A DNA stretch of 64,000 nt from an uncultured Chloroflexia bacterium (lineage in GTDB: Bacteria > Chloroflexota > Limnocylindria > Limnocylindrales > CSP1-4). Position 1 is the first letter of the stretch, and each line of letters opens with the position of its first letter. The translations under genes were made by a program, and so were the position numbers. Positions 9,011-18,982 of the stretch are shown here, piece by piece. The notes under the pieces are model-generated. The model was not told the DNA's origin and did not search any database. It saw only the letters and a program-made list of their open reading frames with translations. The stretch lies in assembly GCA_963703155.1 (NCBI GenBank), contig OY969796.1, forward strand, positions 3,350,151 to 3,414,150, written 5' to 3'.

Positions 9011-11725
9011 CTACCCCTTGAACAGCGAGAGCTGGTCGCCCGTCCGCTCGATCGCCGGGTCGAGGCCCAGGAGCGGCTCCAGGTCGGCGAGCGCCACCTG
9101 GTCGCGGCCCATCCAGTCGCGCAGGTGGTCCGCCTTGACCAGGTGCCAGCCGCCGTTCTCGAGCTCGTTGCGCAGCAGCGGCGAGCGCTCCAGCTTGTAG
9201 CGGACCAGCTCCACGCGCTCGGGGAGGACGACGCAGAACCGGACGACCCGGTCGTCGGCGGCCATGCGGGCGTGGCGTCGCAGGACCGTGTCGCCGAGCA
9301 TCGCCGTCCACTCCACCTCCCAGAAGAACGCCATCCGCCCGCGGACGTACCAGATGACGTCGATGTCCCCGAGCTCCTCGGCGCGGAGCCGGCCGAGATA
9401 GGGCGGGCCGGCGGCCTCCCGCGTGTCGAGCCGGTTCCCCAGCGGCTCGCGAGCGACGCGGCGGCTCTGCTGCCGCGCGCCGATCCAGCACGAGAAGCCC
9501 AGCCGATGACCGAGGTCGACGAGCCCCGCGACCAGCTCGGCATGCTCCTGGCTGCGCTTGGCGAGGTCGTCCGCGGTGAGCAGGCGGTCAGGGGTGCTCG
9601 CGATGCTGCGATAGCTCTCGAGGCAGGCGCGGACGAGGCCCTCGTCGGGGAGGTCGGGCCCGGTGAACAACCCGCTGATCCGCTCGAGGAACGCCCCCTC
9701 CGACATCGGGCCGGCTGCCGAGAGCAGGCTGAACACGGCCCACTCGACGCGGTCCGAGAGGGGCACGGCGGCGGCGTCGCGGTCGGGGCGCTGGCCCAGC
9801 CACCACCGCTCGTCCTCCAGCTTGACCAGCCGACGGCCGTCGGTCTCGGTCAGCGCGTTCCGCACGAGGCCCAGCAGCCGCTCGACGTGGTCGGCCTCCG
9901 GCGCCGGGCGCGCGGAGGTCGCGTCGCGCGTGTCGGCGGCGACGTCCACTCCCTCGGGCTCGGGCGGAGCAGGCGGCCGCACGAGCTGGCGCAAGTGCCC
10001 GGCCCGGTCGAGGCCGACGAGGATCTCCCCCAGCAGTCCGCCGAAGCTCACGGGCTCGCCGCGCATCTTGAGGACGTCCACAGCGGCGTCCACCACGGCG
10101 CGCGCCGCCTCGTCAGCCGAGAACGGCCCACTCGACGGCCCCGGGCGCTCTGCCGCGGCGAACAATCGGTCCGAGCTGTCGGACCGCCCGGAGCGGTCTG
10201 ACCGCACGCTCGCGCCGCGCCCGCCAGTCGGCTCCAGCGCCACGTTGGCGCGCGTGCGCGGCCCTCCTGCGGTCGCGTTGGACCCGGGAGGCGAGAACTC
10301 GACGGTTCCCGTCACGTCGCCGCCCGGCTCCGAGACGCGCGCCGAGACGAGCCGGTAGCCGGCGGCGATGCCGCCCAGCGCCGTGGCCACGAGCGATTCA
10401 GCGCCCTCCGCCTCAAGGAGCAGGATCGTCCGGGCGTCGCGGGCGAGGGCCGGCGCGATGCCGCGGAGCGAACGGGTGATCGCAGCGGCCTGCCAGGACC
10501 ACGACGGCCGGTAGGCCGGACCGAACAGCGGCTCCAACGGCAGGGTCGCCGCGGCGTCGCGGCCCAGGGCCCAGGCCGTCCCGTGGTATGCCCAGGCGAG
10601 CCGGTCCGAGGCCGGGCGCTGCGGGACCGTGCCCAGCACCAGCCGGACGCGCGGCCGGATCCCCGTCCCGGCCAGGTGCTCCATCTCCACGGCGATGGCG
10701 CCGAGGCCCGCCGGGGTGTCCTGGCGCAGGACGGCCGTCGCCGCGCCCTCGTCGAGGCTGCGCAGGTCCTCGCCCAGCCGTCCTGGGACGGGGCCCCACG
10801 CCGCGCCCTCGAGCCGCTGCACGAAGCCGCGGACCGTCCGGATCCCGTCCTCGAAGGCGACCCACGGGTTGCGCTCGCGCCAGGTGGTCCCCGACGGCGG
10901 CTTGACGTGACCGCCCGTGATCCGCAGCGCCGCGACTCGACCCGCCGAGATGGCGAGCCGGCTCGACGGCGCCACCGCCTGAAGCACCGCCAGACGCATC
11001 GCCGATTCGATCGAGCGTGCGCGGAGGTCGCCCTCGACGCGCTCGAGGATGGCGGCGAGCGACGCCAGCTGCCGGGGGGTGTGGAGGTCGAGCAGCTCGT
11101 CGGCCAGTGCGTCGCCGCCGTCGAGCGTCGGGAAGCGGTCGCGCAGCATGGGCCGTGAATCGTCGTCGTCGGAGTCGAGGGCTTTCGCCAGGTCGTTGGC
11201 GTCGAGCGGCGCCTGGCGATTCTCGCCGCCGCCCAGCTGGTCGCGGCAGACGGGGCAGCGGTAGTGCTTGCGGGTCGGGCGCGGGCGGGATGGCCGGCCC
11301 TGCTCGTCGGGCCCGTCGGCGGTCCAGGTGACCTCGTCGAGGATCACGGGCCGGTCACAGGTGGCACACCGGCTGGCGAATCGGTTGGTGATCCACGCCT
11401 TGAGGCTGGTCTCACGCCGGGCGGAGGCGGCCAGCGACTGGACCGCCGCGTCGAGGTGGCGCAGGTCCGGCGGGCGGAGGACCACCTCGGCGAGGAGCCG
11501 GTCCAGCGCGGTGCCCTCGAGGCTGACCGCCTTGCGCTGGTGGTCGATCGCCGCGCGCGCCACCCAGCCGCCGCGCCCGAACGGGTCGAGCACGATGTCC
11601 CCGGGCTCGGATGCGGCCTCGAGTCGTGCGGCGATCAGCGCCGGAGGCGGCGGCGGAGACAGTCGCTCCCAGGCCGGGAGCGAGAAGCCGGGTTCCGCGC
11701 GCAGGAGGAGGGTTCGTCCCGCCAT
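9011..11725 (-). CDS. Degenerate Zn-ribbon DNA methyltransferase-like protein with a C-terminal PD-(D/E)xK-like domain
   Basis: GDIVLDPFGRGG (motif-I-like), CATC...CPVC zinc ribbon, LVLGTVPQ where DPPY is expected, and C-terminal DIDVIW...FWEVE. Confidence 0.6.
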   Translation of the reverse strand: MAGRTLLLRAEPGFSLPAWERLSPPPPPALIAARLEAASEPGDIVLDPFGRGGWVARAAIDHQRKAVSLEGTALDRLLAEVVLRPPDLRHLDAAVQSLAASARRETSLKAWITNRFASRCATCDRPVILDEVTWTADGPDEQGRPSRPRPTRKHYRCPVCRDQLGGGENRQAPLDANDLAKALDSDDDDSRPMLRDRFPTLDGGDALADELLDLHTPRQLASLAAILERVEGDLRARSIESAMRLAVLQAVAPSSRLAISAGRVAALRITGGHVKPPSGTTWRERNPWVAFEDGIRTVRGFVQRLEGAAWGPVPGRLGEDLRSLDEGAATAVLRQDTPAGLGAIAVEMEHLAGTGIRPRVRLVLGTVPQRPASDRLAWAYHGTAWALGRDAAATLPLEPLFGPAYRPSWSWQAAAITRSLRGIAPALARDARTILLLEAEGAESLVATALGGIAAGYRLVSARVSEPGGDVTGTVEFSPPGSNATAGGPRTRANVALEPTGGRGASVRSDRSGRSDSSDRLFAAAERPGPSSGPFSADEAARAVVDAAVDVLKMRGEPVSFGGLLGEILVGLDRAGHLRQLVRPPAPPEPEGVDVAADTRDATSARPAPEADHVERLLGLVRNALTETDGRRLVKLEDERWWLGQRPDRDAAAVPLSDRVEWAVFSLLSAAGPMSEGAFLERISGLFTGPDLPDEGLVRACLESYRSIASTPDRLLTADDLAKRSQEHAELVAGLVDLGHRLGFSCWIGARQQSRRVAREPLGNRLDTREAAGPPYLGRLRAEELGDIDVIWYVRGRMAFFWEVEWTAMLGDTVLRRHARMAADDRVVRFCVVLPERVELVRYKLERSPLLRNELENGGWHLVKADHLRDWMGRDQVALADLEPLLGLDPAIERTGDQLSLFKG

Positions 11726-11813
11726 TGCCGGATTGTCGCAGACGGGTGCCAGCCGGTGGCCGAATCAGCTCGCGGCCCATCGGCCCCGGGCGGGCGCGGC
11801 GTGGGCGCCCGGT

Positions 11814-12671
11814 CTACGGCTCCTCGAGCTCGTCCGTCTCCTCGACGAACGCCTCGTCAGTGGTCTCCTCGGGCGGCAGGACGCGGTCGAGGTTCTCGAT
11901 CTCCTCGTCCTCGATGTCGTCCTCGAGGTCGTCCTCGAGCTCCTCGTCCTCGCGGAGCAGCGTGCCCTTGGTGTACGGGCGCAGGTCCGAGGACTTGGCA
12001 GCGGTCGGGAAGCTGACCTTGCCGTAGTTGCGCGGGTCCTGGAAGACCTCGCGGATGATCAGGCGGACGTCCTTGTCGCCGAGGCTGGTCACGCCGGCGA
12101 GGTACTTGTTGCCGTCGGCCATGAGCTTGAGCAGGCGGGCGGCCACGCGGGGCTCCACGACGCCGATGCGGACGCCGTTGCTGTACGCGATCAGGCGGTT
12201 GCCCTCGGGGACCAGCTCGACGGCGTCACCCGGGTTCACCTGCGCGAGCTCGGCGGAGCGGGCGAGGTTGGTGAGGTGCGCGAACCCCGTCTTGCCGGTC
12301 TCCTCCACGAAGATGCTCACCGGCGCCTTGCTGGTGCTCTTGGCCGGGACCGTCTTCTCGCCCGCCTCGACGAGGAGCACCTTGAGCCGCTCGATGTTGC
12401 GCTCGGCGATGCGGTTGGTGGGATCGAGCTGGAGCGCCCGGACGTAGTGGTCGCGCGCGTCGCCCAGTTCGCCCATCTCCCACAGCGCCTTGGCAAAGCG
12501 GTTCTCGGCCTCGGAGTCGGGGCCCAGCTCCAGCAGGCGGCGGTTGGTCTCGACGGCGTCGGTCCAGCGGGCCTCGGTGGCCTGGCTGATGGCCTGCTCC
12601 GCGAGCTGGCGCTTGAGGCGCGTCTGGCCAGCGGGCGTCTGGGCAGCGCTGTCAAGTTCGGGGAACGTCAC
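11814..12671 (-). CDS. TPR-repeat protein with a C-terminal beta-domain and an acidic tail
   Basis: TPR-like helices (NRFAKALWEMGELGDARDHYVRALQLDPTNRIA), then VELVPEGN...RIGVVEPRVAARL, then an E/D-rich tail. The start is uncertain (GTG 12671 chosen). Confidence 0.75.
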   Translation of the reverse strand: MTFPELDSAAQTPAGQTRLKRQLAEQAISQATEARWTDAVETNRRLLELGPDSEAENRFAKALWEMGELGDARDHYVRALQLDPTNRIAERNIERLKVLLVEAGEKTVPAKSTSKAPVSIFVEETGKTGFAHLTNLARSAELAQVNPGDAVELVPEGNRLIAYSNGVRIGVVEPRVAARLLKLMADGNKYLAGVTSLGDKDVRLIIREVFQDPRNYGKVSFPTAAKSSDLRPYTKGTLLREDEELEDDLEDDIEDEEIENLDRVLPPEETTDEAFVEETDELEEP

Positions 12672-12823
12672 GGGTGCGGTCGTCCTTTCGGGTCCTTCAA
12701 GCCGCGGCGGTGGCCGGCGCGCCGAAGACGGGCGCACCAAGACATCGCTGGTTGCGGGCATGCGTTTCTAGCACCCGCCGGGCGTCGCGTCAAACGTGCG
12801 CCCGCTCAGGAGGGCGGCGCCCG

Positions 12824-13648
12824 CTACGACGGTACCCGCGCGTTCCAGGCCACCACGATGATCGCGAGCCCGGCCAGCAGCAGCATCTCCCACATGAAGC
12901 GCCGCTCCTGGCGTCGGGCGGGCGCCGACGCGTGCTGCACGTCCCACAGGTAGAAGACGAGCGTCAGGACGGCCGGCCCCACGAGGCGCGGCAGGTCGAT
13001 GGCCCTGATCAGCCCGGCCGAGATGGCCGCGATCAGCGCGTAGGTCAGCGCGGACCGGACGATCTGGAACGGGGCGCCGAACCGCAGCGCCGAGATCCGC
13101 CAGCCGATCACCAGCGCTGCCGCCGCGTCGGCGAGCGCGAGTGCCGCCAGCCAGCCCTGCGTCATCGCGCTGGTCCCCGCGACCGGTGAGCCGGCGGGCT
13201 CGGGCATGCCCCCTGGGATCAGGCTGGCAACCCCGGTGAACGCGAGGAACGCGGTGACGACCGCGGCCACGAGCACCTCCGAGCGGTCCGACTCAGAGTC
13301 GCCGCTCACCTGGAGCACGATCCGCGACTCCAGCTCGACCACGCGGTCCAGCACGATGGCGAACGCCGCCACCGCGACGAGCAGCCACGGCCCCGCTGGG
13401 ACGAGGTGGACCGCGGCCGCCGCGCTGCCGGTCATGACGGCTGGCAGCAGCAGGGCCGCGTACGGGCGCGATGGTGCTCCGGCCGCCCGCAGCACGCCGA
13501 GGCCCGCCACGAGGACGGCGACCGGCAGGAGGGCCGCGAGGACGAACGCGTCGTCAGGGGCCACGAGCGTCGAGAGGCCGACCAGCAGCGTCGCCGCGAG
13601 GACGAGCTCGTGGCGTGCGACCGCCGGGGTGGGTTCGAGGGCAAGCAT
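12824..13648 (-). CDS. Multi-pass membrane protein of unknown function
   Basis: About 8-9 hydrophobic segments. A TACCAT -10-like hexamer lies 8 nt before the ATG. Confidence 0.75.
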   Translation of the reverse strand: MLALEPTPAVARHELVLAATLLVGLSTLVAPDDAFVLAALLPVAVLVAGLGVLRAAGAPSRPYAALLLPAVMTGSAAAAVHLVPAGPWLLVAVAAFAIVLDRVVELESRIVLQVSGDSESDRSEVLVAAVVTAFLAFTGVASLIPGGMPEPAGSPVAGTSAMTQGWLAALALADAAAALVIGWRISALRFGAPFQIVRSALTYALIAAISAGLIRAIDLPRLVGPAVLTLVFYLWDVQHASAPARRQERRFMWEMLLLAGLAIIVVAWNARVPS

Positions 13649-13688
13649 TCGGCGCGATGGTACGGGACGGACGCGACGCGGACTGCGC

Positions 13689-15515
13689 CTACACGCGTGA
13701 CGGCTTGGCGGCGACCCAGGCGAGGAGCTCGTCGAGGGACCGGGTGTTGAGCACGTGGCGCGGCTCCACCCAGGCGCGACGGGCCTGGTCGACGCCCCAG
13801 CGCAGGAAGTCGAGCTCCTCGATCCGGTGCGCGTCGGAGTCGATGGCCAGCAGGCAGCCCGCCTCGACCGCCCTCCGTGCGCGCTCGGCGGAGAGGTCGA
13901 GCCGGGGCGGCGACCCGTTCATCTCGAGCGCGGTGCCGGTCTCGGCCGCCGCGGCGTAGACCGCGTCCCAGTCGAGGTCAAGGTCGTCGCGCCCGCCGAT
14001 CATGCGCCCCGAGGGATGCGCGATCACATCCACGTGCGGGCTGCGGATCGCGGCCAGCGTGCGCCGAGTGAGCTCCGCGCGCGTCTGCCGCCGGGCGACG
14101 TGCACCGAGGCCACGACGAGGTCGAAGCGGGCGAGAAGGTCGTCCGGGTAGTCGAGCGTGGCGTCGGCGCGCACCTCGAGCTCGCAGCCGTGGAGCAGGC
14201 GGAAGCCCGGGACCGCGCCCGGCGGCGTGGCGCCCGCCGCGTCCTCGGCCGCGAACCGCGCGTTGAGCTCGGCGATGATCGAGCGCTGCAACTCCACGCG
14301 CTCCGGCTCCAGCCCATGGGCGATGCCGAGGCTCTGCGTGTGGTCGGTGAGGACCTGATAGGCGTGGCCGCGACGTCGGGCGGCATCCGCCATGACGTCG
14401 ATCGAGTGGGTGCCATCGCTCCAGTCGGAGTGCGAATGCAGGTCGCCCCGCAGATCGACGGCGGTGATGAGCGACGGCAGGCGGTGATCCCGGGCAGCCT
14501 GGATCTCGCCGCGGTCCTCGCGCAGCTCCGGCGGCACGCTGTCGAGGCCGAGGAACGCGTACACGCCGGACTCGTCGGGGAACGTGCGCAGCTCGGCGGC
14601 GTCCCCGGTCAGCGGCTCGCCATCCTCGCCCAGGCGCAGGAACCCCTTCTCGGACAGGCTCCAGCCCTTGTCCCGGGCAATCCCCCGCAGCGCCACGTTG
14701 TGCGCCGCGGAGCCGGTGAAGTGGACGAGGTAGGTGCCCGCCGCCCCGGGCGGCATCACCATCAGGTCGACCTGCGTCCCGCCCGCGAGCACGACGGCCG
14801 CCTTCGCGTGCCCCGCGCCCAGCACACGGTCGACCGCCGGGAGCGCCGTGAACCGCGCCACCACCGCATCGGCGTCGTCGGTCTCGACCAGCAGGTCGAG
14901 GTCGCCGATGCTCTCGCGACGGCGCCGGAGCGAGCCCGCCTGGACGATCCGCCGGACGCCGGGGACGTCCGCGAGCTGCGCCACGATCCCGTCCGAGATG
15001 GCCTGCGCCTGGTCGATGTGCATCCGGTCGGATCTCGCGGCGAGGGCGGCGATGCCCTCGAGGATCCGCTGCTCGGCCATGGCCGACACGCCCTTGAGCC
15101 CGCGGAGCCGGCCCGCCTCGGCGGCAGCCCGAAGGCCCTCCACGTCGACGACACCGAGGCCTTTCCAGACGAGCGCCACGGTCTTGGGGCCGACGCCCGG
15201 GATCTGGAGCAGGTCCACGAGCGTCGCCGGCATCTCGGCTCGCAGGCTGTCGTAGAACCGCATGCGGCCCGTGGTCGCGAGCTCGACGATCTTGTCGCCG
15301 ATGGCCGAGCCCACTCCGGCGATCGGGCGCCTGTCGCCCGCCGCATACACCTCGGCGACCACGAAGGGCGCCCGCTCGATCGCGTCCGCGGCGCGGTGGT
15401 AGGCGACGGTCTTGAAGACCACCTCGCCGCGGACCTCGAGCAGGTCGCCGATCTCGTGGAAGACTCGCGCGAGCTCGGCGTTGGTGGGCGGTGTGCGGGT
15501 GGGGTCGTCGGGCAC
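13689..15515 (-). CDS. polX: DNA polymerase X / PHP 3'-5' exonuclease (PolX)
   Basis: GSLRRRRESIGDLDLL and QVDL polymerase aspartates, HFTGSAAHN, and PHP motifs DLHSHSDWSDG, TDH, HPSGR, DSDAH. Start at GTG 15515 or ATG 15524. Confidence 0.95.
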   Translation of the reverse strand: MPDDPTRTPPTNAELARVFHEIGDLLEVRGEVVFKTVAYHRAADAIERAPFVVAEVYAAGDRRPIAGVGSAIGDKIVELATTGRMRFYDSLRAEMPATLVDLLQIPGVGPKTVALVWKGLGVVDVEGLRAAAEAGRLRGLKGVSAMAEQRILEGIAALAARSDRMHIDQAQAISDGIVAQLADVPGVRRIVQAGSLRRRRESIGDLDLLVETDDADAVVARFTALPAVDRVLGAGHAKAAVVLAGGTQVDLMVMPPGAAGTYLVHFTGSAAHNVALRGIARDKGWSLSEKGFLRLGEDGEPLTGDAAELRTFPDESGVYAFLGLDSVPPELREDRGEIQAARDHRLPSLITAVDLRGDLHSHSDWSDGTHSIDVMADAARRRGHAYQVLTDHTQSLGIAHGLEPERVELQRSIIAELNARFAAEDAAGATPPGAVPGFRLLHGCELEVRADATLDYPDDLLARFDLVVASVHVARRQTRAELTRRTLAAIRSPHVDVIAHPSGRMIGGRDDLDLDWDAVYAAAAETGTALEMNGSPPRLDLSAERARRAVEAGCLLAIDSDAHRIEELDFLRWGVDQARRAWVEPRHVLNTRSLDELLAWVAAKPSRV

Positions 15516-15576
15516 GCGGACCATGGTAGCCGTGTCGCTCCGACGGCCCGATGGGCGAAGCGGGCGCTCGACTGCC

Positions 15577-16989
15577 CTAGGCGGCCACGACGCGGTCCCG
15601 GCCGCCCCGCTTGGCGCGGTACAGGGCTCGGTCCGCCTCGTCGATCACCTCGTCGAGCTCGGTCTCGGGCTGGTCCGCGACGGCGACGCCCACCGACACC
15701 GACACCCTCGCCACCCCGAACCGCCGCAGGTCCAGGTCCGCCACGGCGCGCCGGACGCGCTCCCCCACCTCGATCGCCACGCGCGGACCCGGGTTCCGGA
15801 GCAGCACGACGAACTCCTCGCCGCCGAACCTCGCCGGCACATCGCCTTCCCGGACTGCACCCGCGATCGCCTGCGCCACCTCGCGCAGGACGTGGTCCCC
15901 GACGGCGTGGCCGTACGTGTCGTTGAGCCGCTTGAACCGGTCGATGTCGATCATCAGCACGCCAACCCGGTCGTCGGCGCGGCGGCGGCGGGCCAGCAGC
16001 CCCAGGTACTCGTCGAAGTAGCGGCGGTTGGGCAGGCCGGTCAGCGCGTCCGTCGCGGCGCGGGTCTCGGCGTCGCGGAGCGTGTACAGCCGCGACAGCG
16101 CGGCCGAGGTCTCGATCGCGGCCGCGGCCAGCAGGCGGCGGGCCCGGGCCGACCACGGCTCGTCCGTCCGCCGCGAGAGCACGATGGCGCCCTCCACGCG
16201 GCCGTCCACCCGCAGCGGCGCCGCCACCACGTTGCGGAGCCCGTACTCGTCGCGCACGCGGTCGGCAATCCGGTCGGCGATCCGCTGCTCGGAACCCACC
16301 CGGATCGGTGCCGCATGGCCGAACCCCGGCTGCCGGCGAGCGGGGGCGGCCGGCATGGCGTCTGTCAGGACGGTGGCCCGGGAGTCCTCGCCATCCCGCC
16401 CGCTGACCGCCGCGAGGACCGGACGCGGCGGGGCGAGGCCCAGGGTGGCGAGCTCCGGGTCGGCGTCGAAGTCGGGCTCGATCGGCACCGCGGCGTACCG
16501 CCGACCCCGGGCGGCGAGGATCGACATCTCGACGGCCGCGGCCTCGACCGCGGGGTCCTCGAGCGTTGACAGCGGAAGGTACGTCCGCGACGCGGGTGCA
16601 CCGGGCCGAGTCGGGGACAGCACCGCCTCGAGGTGCCGCGATTCGGGTCGCCGCCGCACCACGCTCACGTGGTCCGCCCCGGTTCCCGCGCCGAGCTCCT
16701 CGACGATGGCCGCCACGATGGCGTCTGGCGAGACCGAGCGAGACAGGCCGCGCAGGATGCGCGCAAAGCTCTCGGCCTCGGTCTCGCGGGCGCCCTCCGC
16801 GAGGGCCTCGTCGTCGTTGTCGCGGGCGATCACGTAGCCGGCCGTGAGCAGCAGCACGAGCAGGACGAGGTCCACCGGCTGACTGGCGAGGATGAGGCGG
16901 ACAAGCTCGACGCCGGCGACGGCCGCGAGCAGCGACGGGGCGGGTCGACGAGACAGGGCCCGCAGGTATCTGCGCGGCCCACCCGTCAT
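15577..16989 (-). CDS. Membrane-anchored GAF + GGDEF diguanylate cyclase
   Basis: N-terminal hydrophobic helices, DALTGLPNRR, MIDIDRFK, RxxD I-site (REGD) and RFGGEEF. Confidence 0.9.
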   Translation of the reverse strand: MTGGPRRYLRALSRRPAPSLLAAVAGVELVRLILASQPVDLVLLVLLLTAGYVIARDNDDEALAEGARETEAESFARILRGLSRSVSPDAIVAAIVEELGAGTGADHVSVVRRRPESRHLEAVLSPTRPGAPASRTYLPLSTLEDPAVEAAAVEMSILAARGRRYAAVPIEPDFDADPELATLGLAPPRPVLAAVSGRDGEDSRATVLTDAMPAAPARRQPGFGHAAPIRVGSEQRIADRIADRVRDEYGLRNVVAAPLRVDGRVEGAIVLSRRTDEPWSARARRLLAAAAIETSAALSRLYTLRDAETRAATDALTGLPNRRYFDEYLGLLARRRRADDRVGVLMIDIDRFKRLNDTYGHAVGDHVLREVAQAIAGAVREGDVPARFGGEEFVVLLRNPGPRVAIEVGERVRRAVADLDLRRFGVARVSVSVGVAVADQPETELDEVIDEADRALYRAKRGGRDRVVAA

Positions 16990-17104
16990 GTCGAGCTCTC
17001 CCCGTTCGCTCACCTTGGAACACAAGGATGGGGCCACCCTCGCCTTGCGGCAAGCACCCGTCGTGGTACCGATGGCGCCCGGATGCCAGTACTTTCGTAC
17101 TGGG

Positions 17105-18982
17105 TCAGACCGCTCCCGACCCGCCTCCACCGCCGACGAGCGCCCGCAGCGAGGAGATCCCGTGGCGGCCCGAGAAGGCGTGCGTCGCCGGCTGCTCCGC
17201 GACGTCGCTGATCTGCCGGCCGAGCATCCCGACCCGCACCTTGCTCCCGCCCTCGGCCTTGGCGGCGTACAGGCCGGCGTCGGCCGCCGCGATGAGCTCA
17301 GTTGCCGTTCTGCCGTCCCCGGGGTGGGTGGCAATCCCGATCGAGGTGCCCACCGGGAGCGGCGTCCGGCCGTCGGCGCTGAACGGGTGCGCATGGAAGG
17401 CGGCGAGGACGCGTTCCGCCACGCTCGCCGCCTCGTGCGCCGTGGTCTCCGGGAGGATGAGGGCGAACTCGTCGCCGCCATACCGGGCTGCCACGTCCAA
17501 TTCCCGGAGGCTCTCCCGGATCGTCTCGGCCACGTAGACCAGGACCCGGTCGCCGTAGACGTGCCCGAGGGTGTCGTTGACGAGTTTGAAGTCGTCGAGG
17601 TCGAGCATCACCACCGAGACCGGGCGGCGCATGCGGACCGCCCGCACCACCTCTTCGGACAGGCGCTCGTGGAGGTAGCGGTGGTTGAAGAAGCCCGTCA
17701 GCGGATCGCGGTCGGCAAGGTTCCGGGCCGCCTCGTAGACGCGGGCATTCTCGAGCGCCATCGCGGCCTCGTGGGCCATCGTGCGCGCCAGCGTGATCCG
17801 CCCCGGCTCGTCGGTGGGTCGACCCGACGAGGTGATCTCCGCGATCCCGATCGCCTCGCCCTTGGCGACAAGGGGCAGCATGATCAGCCCCCGCATCCCA
17901 TCGCGCTGCAGCTCGGCCACCTCAGCCGGGTCCGCGTCGGGGTCGTCCGCGTCAACCATGGCGATGACGCCCTCCGCGAGCACCCGCGCGGTGAGCGGAT
18001 AGTCTGCCAGCGAGTAGAAGTCGTCGATGGAGCTCCGGCACTCCGGCGGGTAGCAGCCGAGGGTCCGGACGCGGTTCCCGGCGCGGTCCCAGTCGCTGAT
18101 CTGCGCGCGCTCGGCGCCCACCGCACGGACCAGGTGCTCGGCCATCAGCGCGGCGACGTCCTTGGGGTCGAGCGAGCGCGACAGCGCGGAGCTCATGTCC
18201 AGGAGCTGGCGCAACTCGGCGGCGAGACGACGGGTCTCCGCGAGGTGGGCGGCGCCCGCGAACGCCGTCGCGGCCTGGTCGGCGAGGATCATCAGCAGGC
18301 GCAGGTCGTCATCGACGAAGCCGTGCAGCCCCAGCTTGGAGAGCGTGATCACGCCCAGCAGGCGGTCGTCGTGGCGCATCGGGACCACCAACATCGACTC
18401 GTCCACGTCATCGGTTCCCGGGATGGTCACTCCGCGCGGGTCCCGGCGGGCGTCGTCCACGCGGAGCGGCGTCCCCTCCCGGGCGACCCAGCCCGTGAAC
18501 CCCTCGCCGACCTTGGTGCGCAGGATGTCGAGGTCCACCTTCTCGTAGGCGCCGACGGTGCCCTCGAACGCGACGGGCATCAGGTCCTCGCCCTCGAGGA
18601 GGTAGACGCGGGCGTTGTGGTATGGGATGACCTGCCGGATCTCCTCGACGACTGCGAGGCCAACGTCGTCGGGCTCGATGCCCGCACTCATCCGCCGGGC
18701 GGCCTGGCCAAGCACCTGGAGCTGCGCCTCGAGGTGCGCCTCCTTCGCGCGCGCCCGGCCGACCAGGGAGGACGTCGTCAGGAGCGTGCCGCCGATGGTG
18801 AAGTCCAGGACCACCGCGATCTCGACCGGGTTCGCCGGTCCGCCCGTCGTGAACCACGCCACGAGGCCGAGGGCGAGGGTGATCAGCCCGCCCGCCAGCG
18901 CGAGCGCATGGAGGCGCGGCTGGCTCAGCCTGGCCTGACGGACCTGCGGGGCGACCGCTGACGAACGGACGAGACGCGTCAC
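17105..18982 (-). CDS. Membrane-anchored GAF-GAF-GGDEF diguanylate cyclase
   Basis: Two TM helices, two GAF domains, DPLTGFFNHR, MLDLDDFK, RxxD I-site (RELD) and RYGGDEF. Confidence 0.92.
   Translation of the reverse strand: MTRLVRSSAVAPQVRQARLSQPRLHALALAGGLITLALGLVAWFTTGGPANPVEIAVVLDFTIGGTLLTTSSLVGRARAKEAHLEAQLQVLGQAARRMSAGIEPDDVGLAVVEEIRQVIPYHNARVYLLEGEDLMPVAFEGTVGAYEKVDLDILRTKVGEGFTGWVAREGTPLRVDDARRDPRGVTIPGTDDVDESMLVVPMRHDDRLLGVITLSKLGLHGFVDDDLRLLMILADQAATAFAGAAHLAETRRLAAELRQLLDMSSALSRSLDPKDVAALMAEHLVRAVGAERAQISDWDRAGNRVRTLGCYPPECRSSIDDFYSLADYPLTARVLAEGVIAMVDADDPDADPAEVAELQRDGMRGLIMLPLVAKGEAIGIAEITSSGRPTDEPGRITLARTMAHEAAMALENARVYEAARNLADRDPLTGFFNHRYLHERLSEEVVRAVRMRRPVSVVMLDLDDFKLVNDTLGHVYGDRVLVYVAETIRESLRELDVAARYGGDEFALILPETTAHEAASVAERVLAAFHAHPFSADGRTPLPVGTSIGIATHPGDGRTATELIAAADAGLYAAKAEGGSKVRVGMLGRQISDVAEQPATHAFSGRHGISSLRALVGGGGGSGAV

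Noticed and set aside
9011-11725. Active restriction-modification system
   Set aside because: The catalytic DPPY/NPPY motif is absent, and there are no partner R, S or M genes in the window.
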